Counted from the stretch's first letter, positions 48,553 through 62,421 are shown. The stretch is DNA of 63,997 nt from Paraspadella gotoi (GCA_051294375.1 CM119263.1:18810631-18874627), one strand, 5' to 3'. The notes: a model not told the origin generated them from the letters alone. Made by a program: numbers and translations.

Positions 48553-49052
48553 CCAAGTAATCACTTTGAATCTCGCGTTGGCCGAACTCTTTCTGAATCT
48601 TCGAGTAACGGATGAAAAGATTCGAAATCAGGCGGTTTGAATTCGAGATTTAGAAATATAACCGAATGTAATGTTAGTTTAACACATTACCGATCCCGAG
48701 ATGGTAAAAAAATTGTCCTCTGTGAGAATGTAATAGTATTTTCAGGCGAATTCGGATTTTTGATACTTTTTTTTTACATTATTTGCTAACTTTCTAACAG
48801 TGCAGCTTAGATTTATATATTTAAACTTGGCACAAGTCAATATTCCAATAGTCAGCCCGTACTCAATCATTTGGTATTCAGTCACTGTGCTACCATTTCG
48901 AGCAACCTCGGGATATTTTTTTCCATTTTCCCTCTGCCTTCTCTTCGTTAGCCTTTTTCATAATATCTTCTCATTTTACTTTCTTATTTCCCTTATTCCA
49001 CTTCCTCGTCTCCTCACTACCACTTCTAATTCATTATTCACGTGACTCTTCG

Positions 49053-49147
<95 letters not shown>

Positions 49148-49223
49148 TTTCCCCCTTTCTTCGGTCCAACGGCCAAAAACAAGAAAAGCGCAATGAAAAA
49201 TAACTCCTTAATTTTCTCTCTCT

Positions 49224-49299
<76 letters not shown>

Positions 49300-49772
49300 C
49301 ATTCTCAAGTTTGTATTATTAATGGATTTTAGCAGAAGAGAGACTCCCTCTCGCTTTCGCTCTCAGTCTCTCTGTCTCTCTTTTTCTCTGGCGGATGAGA
49401 CCGGAACTCATCTTCCTTTTGAGTCGAACGATGAATCAAAAGTTTTCGCGTCTCGGAATTCATAAAAAATCCCGGCGCTAATCATTTCTCCGCCAGCCGC
49501 TGAAGCGACCCTACCAAAGCGACGCTGTCGAAGCGACGCCGCCAAAGCCACACCGCCAACGCCACGCCGCTTTCCGAGTCGCCGCCTTTTTTGACGCCTC
49601 AGCGAAAAAAATAGAAAGTATCTTTTTATCATTGGAATTTTGAAGTAAATTCCCAAGTTTACCATACTATAAAATCGATTCAAAAAGGTATTTAATGTAT
49701 CTAAATGTTCTCGAAACTTGAGACTTACAAAGTACCTTGTAACAGCCGACCGACGTTCGCCGATTCCTCCCG

Positions 49773-49812
49773 CCGACAACCGACAACCGACAACCGACAA
49801 CCGACAACCGAC
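49773..49812. repeat. Heptamer tandem repeat (CCGACAA) x5-6
   Basis: ccgacaaccgacaaccgacaaccgacaaccgacaaccgac read directly. Confidence 0.9.
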
Positions 49813-50933
49813 GGCCGCCGCCGACCCTCGTGGCTCCAATAAATTCGCGGTTAACCACTCTGCTCGCGCGGTTACGTAACGGGGTTTGATTAATTACGCC
49901 GCCGACGGCGAAGGAATGAACGTTCACCGTAAATGATTCGCTGCTCCTTAAAGAAGAAGGGGAAGCAGGCGATGCGGCGGCGGCAGTGGTGGCAGCGGCG
50001 GCAGCGGTGGCAGCGGCGACGCCGTAGTAACGGAGAGTCTTGACGGTTTATGTGTTCGTGAGGTTCATTAGACTGTTTCGGTCTGGACTCATTTCACGCA
50101 CGGCATCTAAGCCCACTCAAACCCTACCCACTACTCCCCTCTCCCCGTGCCCCTTCTTCGCTCGTTTCCCCTTCCCTTCTCCCTTCACGTCTCTCCCCTC
50201 GTCTTTCCCATCTAAGTCCGACCTCCTTTTTTGTCCGCGCACGACCAGAGCATTCGCTTCTAATTTTTCTTTTCCCTCGGACGCGAAATTCGGACGGACA
50301 CGCGTACGGGGCTAGGATTAGTCCGGGCGTCTCGGCGTCTAAAATATCGAACGAGTTTCCACGATAAGTGAATGTGACGTCCTTGTTGTTGTGGTTGCGG
50401 TTATAATGCGATCCTTTGCTTCTTCCTTTTCTGAAATTGTCGGCGATAGATTTTCAGGTGAGAGGGTAACTCATAGGCGGACCCTCACCCGCGCCTTACC
50501 CGGGGACCCTCACTCGAGCAGGGCGAGTCACGCCCCCTCATTTACTTGATCGTCGCCATCCTCGTCACACGAATCACCTCTCATCACTCTCATCACTTCT
50601 CTCCTACACTTTTCCATCACCCACCTCGGACCCTCAGCTGGCCCCGAAGACGTTCGCCTCGTTCTCCCTTTGTGCCTCTCCTCTTCCCTTATCCTTTATT
50701 CTCTCTCTTTCTTTCCCTTCGCACTTACGCTTTTTTTCTCTCAACCATAAACGCCCTGTCCCGCCTACTCCCTTTTCAAACACAGGGGACAAAAATATAA
50801 AGGGTTACAATGGAGGAGGGAGAAAAAAATATAAAAAAAAAAAAGAAGGAAAATGGCTTTTCTATTCTTGGCAGTTTTCATTTTCTACCTTCGTCCGCCT
50901 GAATGCAAAAATTGCCGCTTAACCAGAGCACGC

Positions 50934-51020
<87 letters not shown>

Positions 51021-51672
51021 GCTTTCTCCTCTTTTATCATTATTAATTCTGTTCTCCTCGCGTTTATTTTTATTTTTTTCACCCCGGAGAACACAACGGC
51101 TGTTGTCCTTATCGTAAAAACCGTCGTCCTTTTCCGTTGTCTCTGCCTTTGTCGTCGTCGTCGTCGTCGTCGTCTCATTTTTGCCCGCCATATTACTCCG
51201 CTTTAAAAACGCTAACCACCTGACGGCCGGTTATTCGAAAGCTTTAATTTGAATTAAGCATTAATTCTAAAACCCCCTAGAAATTAATTTGCATGAAATG
51301 TCGGGAATAAATTGTGAAATTGTTTAATTTCGTTAGAAAAAGAAGTCCAATGAAAAGAATTGAATACATACAGACGAAACGAGGTAATGAAAACCGGAAC
51401 TAGATGTCATTGAAGTAAAAATTTTACCGATAAAATTTCCGTCGGGAGAAGGCCGTTAAATTCGAGGGGAAAAGGTCCATTAAACTGAATCGGTTATTGT
51501 CGAATTTTTCCCTGAAATGAGAAAGAGAGAAAGAGATTCCACGGTATCGCCAGTTCCTTCTTCTTCTTTGTTTTTTTTTTTTTTGCCATTTCTTCAATTG
51601 TTGCCAGTTCCCTATATTTTTGTAATTTCTTATTTTTCGCCAGTTTCTTCTTTTCGCCATACTCTCTTCATA

Positions 51673-52161
51673 TTAGCAATATATTATCCTTTTAACATTT
51701 TCTTTCCTTTTCTCCCTTCTCCTCTTCTTAGCTTTTTCCCTCCCCCCCCCAAAAAAAAAATCCTTGGCCCGAAGGACAAGGAAAGAGGTTTGGGAGAAAA
51801 GAAATAAGAGAAGAAGGACGACGAATCTATTGAAATCTTTGCCATCAAATGAGAATAAATGGTTCCATAAAACTTCCGGCGGCTGAAGAAAGATGACCCA
51901 ATTTAGGAAGGAAGGAGGAAACATCGCGAGATTGAAATGCATATTCTTCTTTTTTTTTTCCTTCATCGCTTTGTCTTTTTTCCCCTGGCCACCGCCACCA
52001 CCACCGTTAGCTCCCACACCGCCGCCACCACCGCCACCACCACTGTCAGCTCCCACACCGCCGCCACCTTCGCCTTCATCACAGCCTCCGCCACCGCCTT
52101 CGTGGCTTTTTTCGCCGACTGGAGAGTGGAGATTCGTTGGCGACGCAATTTCCTCAATAAT
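51673..52161 (-). CDS. Possible Gly-rich coding exon, product unknown
   Basis: Minus-strand acceptor tgtattgcag precedes the open frame IIEEIASPTNLHSPVGEKSHEGGGGGCDEG...GQGKKDKAMKEKKKK. The 3' boundary is not determined. Confidence 0.25.
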   Translation of the reverse strand: MIEEIASPTNLHSPVGEKSHEGGGGGCDEGEGGGGVGADSGGGGGGGGVGANGGGGGGQGKKDKAMKEKKKKNMHFNLAMFPPSFLNWVIFLQPPEVLWNHLFSFDGKDFNRFVVLLLLFLFSQTSFLVLRAKDFFFGGGREKAKKRRREKRKENVKRIIYC

Positions 52162-52262
52162 CTGCAATACATACGTACGATGCTTCTCAATTATGTTGCG
52201 TGTGAAAGAGAAACAAAAGAGAATTTAATATTACTGTACCTAGAAAGAGAAAATGAGCATAA

Positions 52263-52313
<51 letters not shown>

Positions 52314-52711
52314 TCTTTCAAAAACCAAGCCATCGTAAGATCGTCCACAGCCCCAGGTTTGAGTAGACGCGGCACGAGTTCACCCTTTGCCCATTATTCT
52401 TGCCACCTCCGACCCTTTCTAATCACCGCCCATCCAAATCTATGGGGCCGCGCATTTTGCCCATCACCATTCAACGTGGAGGCGCTGGTTCCACATAGTT
52501 CTGTTTTTTTTTGTTTAAATAATTTTCATGAGTTTTATGGAATCGAAAAAACGAGTAATAGTATTTATTTTGTTAGATCGGATAGCTAAAATGAAACCGT
52601 TTAGACCAATTGTCCAAACTAAAAAAGCCAGCTTTCAAATCTACGCGTAAAATCTTTTACCTCTCCAAAGTAGGAGAATAAATCAAGGTTGTACCCTCTC
52701 CACCTAGACCC

Positions 52712-52762
52712 CAGTCCTCAGTCCTCAGTCCTCAGTCCCCAGTCCCCAGTCCCGAGTCCCAG
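52712..52762. repeat. Heptamer tandem repeat (CAGTCCY) x~7
   Basis: cagtcctcagtcctcagtcctcagtccccagtccccagtcccgagtcccag read directly. Confidence 0.85.
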
Positions 52763-53016
52763 TTACCTCGCTCGAATCTCATTTGTTTCGGTGTTTTTTC
52801 CCGTCCCGTTCCAAATTACGAATTTAGTTGAATATTCAAAGGGAGAGGGCGTCGTTGATTTAAATCCCACCCACCTTCGTTATCTCGTTTCCTTTTTTTT
52901 CCCAAACTGCAAACGACGCATATTTTGACTCTCGCGTTAACCTTCTTCGCTCCTATCGCCATTTTCACTTTCCCGTCACCCCCCCCTCCACATCCCGGTC
53001 CACGAACCGCCCCGCT

Positions 53017-53208
53017 GCTCCTCTGCCCTCCTCCGCTCAGCTTCTCCGCCCCGCTCCTTTGACCCGCTTATTCAACCCGATCTTTCGCTCAGCTCCTCCG
53101 CTCCGATCCTCTGCTCGGCACCTCCGCCACGCTCCTCCGCCCTGCTCATCCGCCCCGCTTCTCCTCCTTGCTCATCCGCCCCGATCCTTCGCCCCGCTCA
53201 TCCGCCCC
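53017..53208. repeat. Degenerate 13-bp minisatellite, consensus GCTC(A/C)TCCGCCCC, ~14-15 units
   Basis: In-register units: gcttctccgcccc gctcctttgaccc gcttattcaaccc gatctttcgctca gctcctccgctcc gatcctctgctcg gcacctccgccac gctcctccgccct gctcatccgcccc gcttctcctcctt gctcatccgcccc gatccttcgcccc gctcatccgcccc. Confidence 0.85.
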
Positions 53209-53626
53209 GCCGTCAAAGCTACTCGACGCGAAACCATGGGCCGTCTTCGCCCCTTTTCGACGAAGGAACCTTTGAACCGGAGAAGCACCGTGGACGCCTA
53301 AGCACCATAGAGGGTCTGGGGGCGCTGGTTCGACCCCGACCTTACTTTTGGCCTCACCCCGCCCGGGTCGCGAGGACTCGACGTCGAGAGAAACTCGACC
53401 CTAAAACAAAAACAATAAGCACAACAAAAATAAAAACAGAAAACAAAATATCCAAAATTCTATAATGGTGAGATTCAAATTTTGTTCACTCTTAACTGAA
53501 CTTTAAAAAAAAAATCTAAAATAAAATCCTCATTTATTAAAATAGTGGGGAAAAAAAGTGATCTGAGTTCGCAGATCCGCGATTTGTCGATATTATGGTG
53601 GACTAAAATCCACCAACCGTTCTTCA

Positions 53627-53698
53627 GCGGCCATTGGTGCCGGAGGCAAGTCATTCGCCTCCCAACCCAAAGGTCCGGGCTTCTAGCCCGGTGGTCGC
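53627..53698 (+). pseudogene. tRNA-derived sequence (tRNA-Gly-like, CCC at the anticodon position), probably the core of a short retroelement at ~53594-53780
   Basis: 72 nt. Acceptor stem GCGGCCA/TGGTCGC; T-arm CCGGGC-TTCTA-GCCCGG; loop CT-CCC-AA. The anticodon stem pairs poorly and the B box is degenerate, so it is unlikely to be a functional tRNA. Confidence 0.65.
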
Positions 53699-54754
53699 CT
53701 GGCAGTTAAGAGGGACAGGGCGCTTCACCCGCCTGTAACACGGTGTTACAGCCTGATCCGAAGCTCAGGGACTGCTTACATTGAACGGTTCTGTCATTAA
53801 CATATATCAATAATTACTGTCTCTTCAATATATCCCTTTTCTTTCCTTACTTCGCTTCGCGTCGCGTCGCACTACCTCATCAAATCCGTCCATCACTCGT
53901 CCACCTTTTTCCTTTAATTCCTCACCTTATCTCCCTCTCCCTCGCAACGACCTCACCCTTCCATCACCCATTCCACCTCACCTTATCACTTCCCCTTTTT
54001 CCTTCACCGACGCGGCCTCGTCATCTCCTTTTCGCTCACGTCGCCTCATCGACTCTTCGTTTCGCTTCACCTCACCCCGTCACCCTCACCTAACCTCCCC
54101 TCACCTCACCCACCTTATCACCTCACCCTCCCGTCGGTTCGGTGCCAGGGAGAAAATTTATCGCGGTCTGCGTCTTCATCCTCTTCCTCGTCGTCGTCGT
54201 TGTCGTCGTCCATTTCAATCTCCTCGTTGTCGCCATCGTCGTCGTCGGCGACGACTTACCGATCAAAGAACGAAAGCCGTTGTTGTTGTTATTGTTGTCG
54301 TTGTCTTCGTAGTCATCGTTGAGAACAAGTCGATATTTTTACGTCGTCGTCGTTTGAATTTTTAACTTACATAGTATACATTGTAAGTATCTAACGTCAT
54401 CGAGTTAAACTTGTCCCCATGTTCACTCACATCTTTGTTCTCGTCGTCGTCGTCAAAAAAAAAGAGAAAAGCTGAAAATATAAAGAGAGAAAAAGTCGGG
54501 AGGGACAAGCTAAGAATGAAGAGAGTAAGCGGTGAATGTTTAGGAAATAGCAAACAGGAGAGGAAGACAAGGGGTTCAATAAAATGTGATATTATTTATC
54601 CTTTAGCCGGAGGCCAAAATTGTCAAGAGAATTATCCCTCCCATAAGTATTTCATATATTAGTATTGAAAAACGATCATTGAAATATTGCAATTTGGAAT
54701 CGAACTTGCTTTGAAAACGATTGACGTTTTCATGAAACTTAAATCAAAACCTGG

Positions 54755-55035
54755 CCAGAAAAATTGAGAGGACCAACATTTTCAAAAACGCGGCCAGTTC
54801 AAAAATGTTAGGAGGCTATTATTTTTAAAAAGTTCCTGGTAAAATGGTCAAAAGGAGGAATATTTTGTCAAAAACAGCCTCATTGAAATGTGGGAAGGAT
54901 GTAAAATTTTCAAAAAATAGTGACTTTCTAAAACTAAGTAACATTTTTCAAAAAGGACCATTTAAAAATGTGGAAAGGACAATATTTTCAAAACTATTTT
55001 TTGACAAAAATGGAAGTAGTGCAAAACATTTTCAT
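54755..55035. repeat. Degenerate ~41-bp minisatellite, ~7 units
   Basis: Recurring AAAATG..(G)AGG..(A)ATTTTCAAAAA with units starting near 54760, 54802, 54841, 54887, 54930, 54964 and 55006. Confidence 0.6.
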
Positions 55036-58000
55036 GGCATATTAAATCTCACATTTTGCCTTCAAAATTCAGAAATAAATATTGATTGAGAATTGCTATT
55101 TTTACGTAACTCGAGGACCAAAAGATCCACTTTCATTCCGCCACGGCCACCCACGGCTGCTCCCACTTGTTCGCCCACCTTTTCTTCTCGGCGAGCTCTC
55201 TCCCTCTCCTAGCGAGCACCCGCCTGTTTCTTTTTAAAACCACTTCCGGCTCTGTCTCTCTGTCTTCATTCTTCCTTTCTCTTTTCTCTCTTTTCTGCCA
55301 AATCCTTTCCATTTGTTGACAAGAAAGTGAAAAAAAGAAGGCCGAAAAAAAACAATGGAGGGATTAAAACGGAGGAATTGCTCTGCCCGACAGAAAGAAA
55401 AATGCGGGGAGAAAAAAATGAAGAGAGAGAGAAAGAGAGCGGGAGAGCGACGCGAGAAGCGAGATGGAGAGGAGAGAGAGAGAGACAGAACAGGACACCT
55501 TTTCCTTTATTTAAGGTTCTTCTTTTAATAAAGACTTTTATTTGTCTAGCTAGTCCGAAACGTCGATTATTCTTTTCTTGTTCCCCTTCTTTCTGTTTCT
55601 TCTGTTTCTTTTTAACTCTCCCTGTTTTTTCTTTCTTTCTTTCTTTTTTTCGTTTTCGGTCTTTGGCTTTTATGTAATTCTCGCCTCGTTTCGGTCTTGT
55701 TTTGTGTTTTTCTTTCCTGATAGGAATTTAGAAAACAAAGACGAAAATAATTCTGATGATGAAAAGCAAAAAAAACCCCAAAAAATGAAAATTCGTGACC
55801 GTACCATTGATGGAAAAAAATTGTCGCGGTTACTTTCCAGCTATTTTTAGCATTTTTTAAATGTGAAGAATCGGAAAAATAAAATTAGTTATTGAGAAAC
55901 TTTTAAGCCTTTTTGGATTTCATATGAGCTGTATCTCATTTATATACGACAAAAAATAACATTAGTTCCATGCTAAAGAAAGAGATTGCCAAAATTTTTT
56001 TTTTTATTTTTATTCTACACGTTTTTATTTATACTAACTTCCGGTTCTTTTTTATTACTTTTTGAGTTAAACCGTTGACTATTTAAAAGATCCTGCCTTT
56101 TCCTCAGTCTCAAGTCAAATAGTTATTGCATCATCACATTAGGATAGATTCAGGGATGAATCTTAATTCATTATAATAAAAATAGGCGGCATTAAAAATT
56201 AAATTGATGCTGTAAAGCTCCAGAATATTCTTTTTATTTGTAGAAATATCAATAAAAGGTTTAATGCTAAGTGGTTAACTTCATTAAACAAAGTTATCAT
56301 TTTTATTTAATTCTGGATGTTTTATCAGAACCATATATCAAGCAAGTTTAAAAAAAAAATAACTTCAAAATTTTATATAATCATATAATCATTATACAAC
56401 AACAACTTCAAGCCTGGTTTACTTTATAAGGGATCAAATCTTTTTTATTACTTGCCGCAAGGACCATTTTTTGCCCTGAATGAATCTGATTAAATAATAT
56501 ATTATGTTAGAAATATAATATTAATAATAATGTGGAGTGTCCTCTTGAAAATAGTTGAGACAACCTCTTTTGGAGTATTTGAATTGCATTAAATTAATTT
56601 TATCATGTTTGAAACAATAATCTTTTAATATCCAGTCCTAGGGAAGTTATATTAGCATATTAAAACCTAATTTACCGTCCAAAAAATTATATGACAATGA
56701 AATTAACCGACATTTCCAGAACTTCGACAATTTTTGCCATCCATGGTAAGTATAACCATCATCACATATTTTTAAAACTAATTTATTCATACATTATGCA
56801 GTTAATTAATTAATTATTACCAATGTCCTAAATTTTTAGCAAAATTAAATTATTGATAGCAATCAAAATTTTAGGTTTAAAATTATATGAAAATTATGAC
56901 TATGTTAAAAAAATACTAAAAATACGAAAAAACAAAATTTATTAATTATTCCGATTATATCGCTGAAAATTGTCATCAATGATTGATAAAGAAAAAACGT
57001 CTCTTGCCTCCACCTCCGCATCCACGGTCGTCCGTCGGTGAACCAGAACCGCGAAACCGTTTCGGTCGGTGAGGGACCCAAAATAGCTCATTTCACAGCC
57101 ATATCCTCACAGCCTCACGTGCTCCGCTCTCTTACTTTCATCTTTTTTATTGTATTATTTTTCAACAAGACGAGAAAGAGGATGGCAAAGAGAGAAGGAA
57201 ATCAAAGGTTTAAAAAAAAAAGTCGTTCTCTGTAAATAAATGTTTAAAGCTTTTAATTTCTTTCAGCTTATCACATTAATTACAGAAACGACAATGGCAA
57301 AGAAACAAAATTGACTATTCGAAGTAATGAGGACGCAAAATTATCTAAATAAGTTGGGATGCAAATAGATTAAAATGCCGCGAAAAAAGATCCGGGAGGT
57401 GTCTTGATCAAAGATGATTTTTTTTTTTTGATTAAACAGATCGAGATGCAATTAAGAGAATATATTCGTTTATCTGTATATTTAATCCAGTCAACGGAAG
57501 CAAAGATGTTCAATGCAGATGCACTGGAATCATCATGTGAAAAAAAAGCAAATAGGTGAATGACTCGCGAATGATAATACACAGTCAATTAAGTTGCACT
57601 TGTTCTTCGTCCAAAACAGAAACAGAAGCTCTACGATTTAAAGTAAAATTTTTCTTTTATTGGACGACACTACAACAGTGAATGTCGCTGTTCTTAAGAT
57701 ATTTTATTCTTAGTCTTATTCTATCCAAATGTTGGTGTACAAATCTCGCCCCAAACTCGGTGCGATCTCTCGAGATTTTACTCCGGGGAATAATTACGAA
57801 AGAGATTCTCTTCGGTTCACAGTACCCGACTGGACGGAGGCCAAGACTAACCGTTCACTACCGCAAAACGTTCTCGGACTAATGGCGTGCTCGTTATTAA
57901 ATCGCCCTTTCCACCAGAGAGCCTCAAAATAGGGAAAAGTACATTTGGAGGGAAGGACATGGAACAGCTGGAAGGAATAGGAGGGAGAAGGAGGAAAGAA

Positions 58001-59794
58001 GAAGGAAAAGGAAGAGGAGAGAGAAAGTAAATCAGGAACGCGACCACTGACCGAAGGAGATGAGAGGAGCGAGAAGACGAGGGAGGAGCAGATTGGACGA
58101 GACTCAAGTTGATCTAGGGTCAATTCCTCTGTTTGACAGAACACTGGAGAAGGAAGGAAAATAGAGCGAGAGAGAGAAAAGAGGTGGAAATGGCTGGAGA
58201 GAGAGGGGTGAGAGAGAAGAGAGAGAGAATAAAGCACCAAATCTGAGAGAAAAATTAAACCACCAAAAGACTGTCAACAGGGCAGATAGCTATTTATAAA
58301 AAAATGGATAATTTTAAATTGTTGTACCAATTCATAAGAAAAATGATATAGCTAAAAGGGAAGGAACAGGAACATAAAGTTAAATGGCGACAGAAAACTG
58401 GAGAAGAGTGAGTACGAGCAAGGAAAAAGGATTTCTAGCGGTTTCCCATTATCTCCGCATATCAAGCGTGCTTGTTTCATACCCTTAACAAAACTGAGTT
58501 TTAATGCTATGAATTTTATTGGGCACGGCCTTTAACAACGGAAGTAAAAAAATACAACTTCGTACGAGATCGTTACGCACCGTCATTTATGATACGAGTC
58601 AAAGTTTCTTATTACCTGAATACTGTCGGTTCTCTCTCCCGTCCTCTCTCTCTCTCTCTTCTCTATCTCCTCTCTCTCTCTCCTCTCTCTCCTCCTCTTC
58701 CTAAAATGAGGAACATTCGTTTTGCTTTCGATTTTCCAAACAGGCGAACCTCGACCGAGAACGAAATAGACGACGCGAACGACGACGACAATTGAAGATT
58801 TATTGATCTCCACCGATCGCTAATGAAGACTTGTCGATCCAGTAACCGTTCTACCTTTGGCGTAGCCACTATCTTCTACACCAGTAATTTCAAGCTGTTA
58901 AACAGCTCTGATCTTTACTACTACTTCTATCTACTCTCTATCTATATCTATCATCTATCTTCTATCTATCTATCTATAACACCATCTATCTAGCTATCCT
59001 CATCTCCATCTAATCTTCCCTCTCTCTTCTCTTCTCTTACGTTTCCTCTTCTCCAACTCTTCTCTCTTCTCTCTTCTTCTTTATCCTTCAAAACCCTCCT
59101 CTCCCCTTTCTCATCCTATCCCCTCCCCCTTTCCTCCCACCTTCCCCTTTCCTCCCGTCTCTCCCTCGGTCTTCTAAACAAAACTGTGATATCCCTCAGA
59201 GGCTTTGAGACTCGATTCCGTCCGAATTCCCGGATAAGACTAAAAAAGTTGAGAGATTTTGGTTCTTTTTTTCTTTCACTTACTATTTCTTCTTCTTTTC
59301 GGGTTGGCTTTCCTGTCGCCGCTCCATACTCCCCCTTCACCCTTTCCCCCCCCTGCCCCTCCTCCGCCTGTCCCCCCACCAGCTCTCTCCCCCGATTTCA
59401 TTTCGATGGATCTTCTGCGAGCGGGGCCTTCCGGGCCCCGGATGGCAGTAACGCCGGTGGCCAGAGCGCTGGAGTGAGTTGGCGGGAATTTCTTGCAAAT
59501 AAACTTCATAAGGACAAATCCGGGAGGATTGGCTTCGATTCGGACGGGCTGGGCCAAAGGGGCCAGAATGAAAATCCCTGCGAAAAAACAAATAGTTTTT
59601 TTTTTTTATTGAGTACTTTCTATCCTAGCTGAAACGTGAATCGAATTGAATTTTCGAATGAATTTTCTTTGTCCCGTTTCTCTCACTTTGAAACAAATAT
59701 TAAACTTAAAAAAGCATTAAAAATAAAAAAAAATTATTAATGGCGGAAAAAATTAAATTTAAAAACAACTCTTTCCTTGTTTAATTCTTTTTTT

Positions 59795-59809
59795 TTTTCT
59801 TTTCTTCCT

Positions 59810-59841
<32 letters not shown>

Positions 59842-59857
59842 TCCTTCTTACTTTTCT

Positions 59858-59925
<68 letters not shown>

Positions 59926-59935
59926 TTTCTTTCTT
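59795..59935. repeat. (TTTC)n microsatellite (another at ~27790-27905)
   Basis: Read directly. Confidence 0.93.
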
Positions 59936-60160
59936 TTTTCCCATACCTTAAACTTTTGAAAGATCGTAAGTCTGGAGATAAGGGGAATCTTTGTTTGAAA
60001 AAGAGCGAAGGAGAAAACGTTCCGTCGGACCCCAGTGACCTTCATGAGGAGTCAAAAAACACGGACTCCTTCTTTCTTGATCTCAAATTCTCACTCGAGT
60101 CCTAGCGCACTTCTGGCGTGAGATTCGTTCGTCTGATTCTTTTTTTTTTTTATAATTGGA

Positions 60161-60202
<42 letters not shown>

Positions 60203-62421
60203 GAGAGAGAGAGAGAGAGAGAGAGAGATGAGAGAGAGAGAGAGGAGAGAGAAGAAGAGAGAGAGATAAAGGAATGTGTACCTCGTGTGCTCCCATGTTT
60301 TAATTCGTTTAGTTTTAAAAAAGAGGTTTGATCAAAGATTTAATTTTAAATTGAATATCGAAATCTTTCCAGTATGCGGATAATTTTTGTAGAGTCATAG
60401 CAGGTACATCTTCCAATAATTCCAACGATTATTGAAAACATTTTCATTTCGTCATAAAAATCATTTGACCGCTTCTGATTTCCCGCGTCGACGGAGAAAA
60501 AATTACCTTAAATTTCATTAAGCTTTTTTAACTTATTTAATAATTTAAGTCGAATCCAAATTGCATCAAATTGCTTCTTCTTAGTTTTTTGTTCTTTTTT
60601 TTTATTATATTTCGCTCCACCCGCTTTCCCCTTCTCAACTCTTCTTCATTTTTTTTTTTTGCCATTTTTAAATTTCATTTTTGATTTATTAATTTTTTTA
60701 AAACTTTTTTTTCATCATTCTTCTTTTTTTCATTTTTTCCTCTATGATTTTTTTTTCTTTGAGTTTCTGCTTTTTTAGGCTTTATCCTCTCGACCTTCCT
60801 GTTTCGTTTCTCGTTCACTATTCACACTCCCGCCTTCCTGTTCCTTCTCATCTAACTCTTCACATTTTTCTTGTATTCTGTCTCCCCTCTCTTCTTTCCA
60901 TCCCCCTTTTTGTTATTCCCCTGTTCGTTTTCCCTACCCCTTCCCCAGACTTTTTTCCCTCTTTCCCCTACCCCTCCCCGACTTCTTTCGCGTCCTTCGC
61001 TTTTTTATTTCTCTGTTCTACCTAAAAAAAGGGACTAAAAAATTAATGATAACGAAAGAAGAAATAGAAAGAAGAGAGAGAAGACAGAGACAGACAAGGG
61101 GAAAATAGAGGTTGAATATAATTATAATATGGAGCCACCGATTAATTTTCCGTTTTTTTCCGTCAGAGGACGCACGTTATGTATAGAAAAAGGAATGAAA
61201 GAATGTTGTTTTTTAAAAGATGGATTTCGACGAGAGCAGAGAAGGAGAGAGAGAGAGGAAGAGAGGAGAGAAGAGAGGAGATGAGGAGAGGGAGAGAGAG
61301 CTAAGAGGAAGGAAGAGAAGAACGAAGAGAAAAGAGAAGAAAGAAGAAGAAGAGAGAGAGAGGTGAATGTGACAAAGACACATACTTTATTGCCAACAGT
61401 TATTCCACTTACAGATTACATTCAAAGTTACATTCAAATTAATTTATGGAATAAACCTTTCAAAGAATAGTTTTTTCCTAGTCAAACAAAAATAAAGTTT
61501 GGTAGAAAAAATAATAAAGAGGCAAAAAGTCGGAATAAAGCGGCAAGAAAAATGAGGTAAGGGAAAAAAAGGTGAGGAAAGGAGAAATAGTAGGCTTTGA
61601 TTTGCACTAGTTGGCGCAAATCTCGTTTTGTGCGAGCGGATGTTTGATAATGGTTGCGGAAAATTCCGATCGTCAAATCCCCAGAAGGTTTCCAGTTTTT
61701 TTAAAAAATGTGTAACTTTTTTCCCCTCTTTATCGCGCTTATTTTTTTTTACCTTTTTTTACGAAAAGGGAAAAATGCTCAGACGAAATTTAAAAAATTT
61801 ATTCTGACCATTTATGATTTTTTTTTTCAAGTTTGATAAATTCGAAATCAACAGCATTGACTACGTATCTAGAGAAAAGGATGTTTTATACTATGTGTAA
61901 ATTATTATTCAAGAAAAAATATACAATATATATAAAAAAATATTCTTACTATTTAGTATATCGTTATTTGTTTGTTGCTCTTGTACAGTGCAATTAGATT
62001 CCAGGTGGGGAAAGTTTTTTTAACCCTTACGATCTTTTAGTCCTCCGAGTTTTCCCTCTTTTATCCAGGCTACATGCACCTTTATGACTTAAGAGAGGGT
62101 GCTACTCTTTTCATTTGAATTAAAAACAAATAATTAAATACCAAAAATGGTGGAAATAAATATAATTTTTTTTAGTGCAACTCTTTTTTGCTCTTACTTC
62201 TTAAACGATTTTGAACCTACAAATGAAAAGAGATACTTAAAAAAATTTATTGTAAATTTCTGAAAGTTTTTATAGAATCCTCCACTAAAGATGTGATATA
62301 CTTTTTTTCTAGGTGGTCATTTTTCATTACTTCGTCTATTTCTCTCTTCCATAGATACTTTGTTTTGAGTGGACACCAAGATACTTTCCTACCCTCATTT
62401 CACTAGATCACCTTTTTTTAG

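Noticed and set aside
53310-53400. Isolated B-box (GGTTCGACCCC) or HDV-like ribozyme
   Set aside because: No matching A box or cloverleaf, and the HDV nested pseudoknot pairings could not be built.
57260-57935. Possible exons of a plus-strand gene
   Set aside because: Some splice-like signals, but no consistent frame or recognisable motif.
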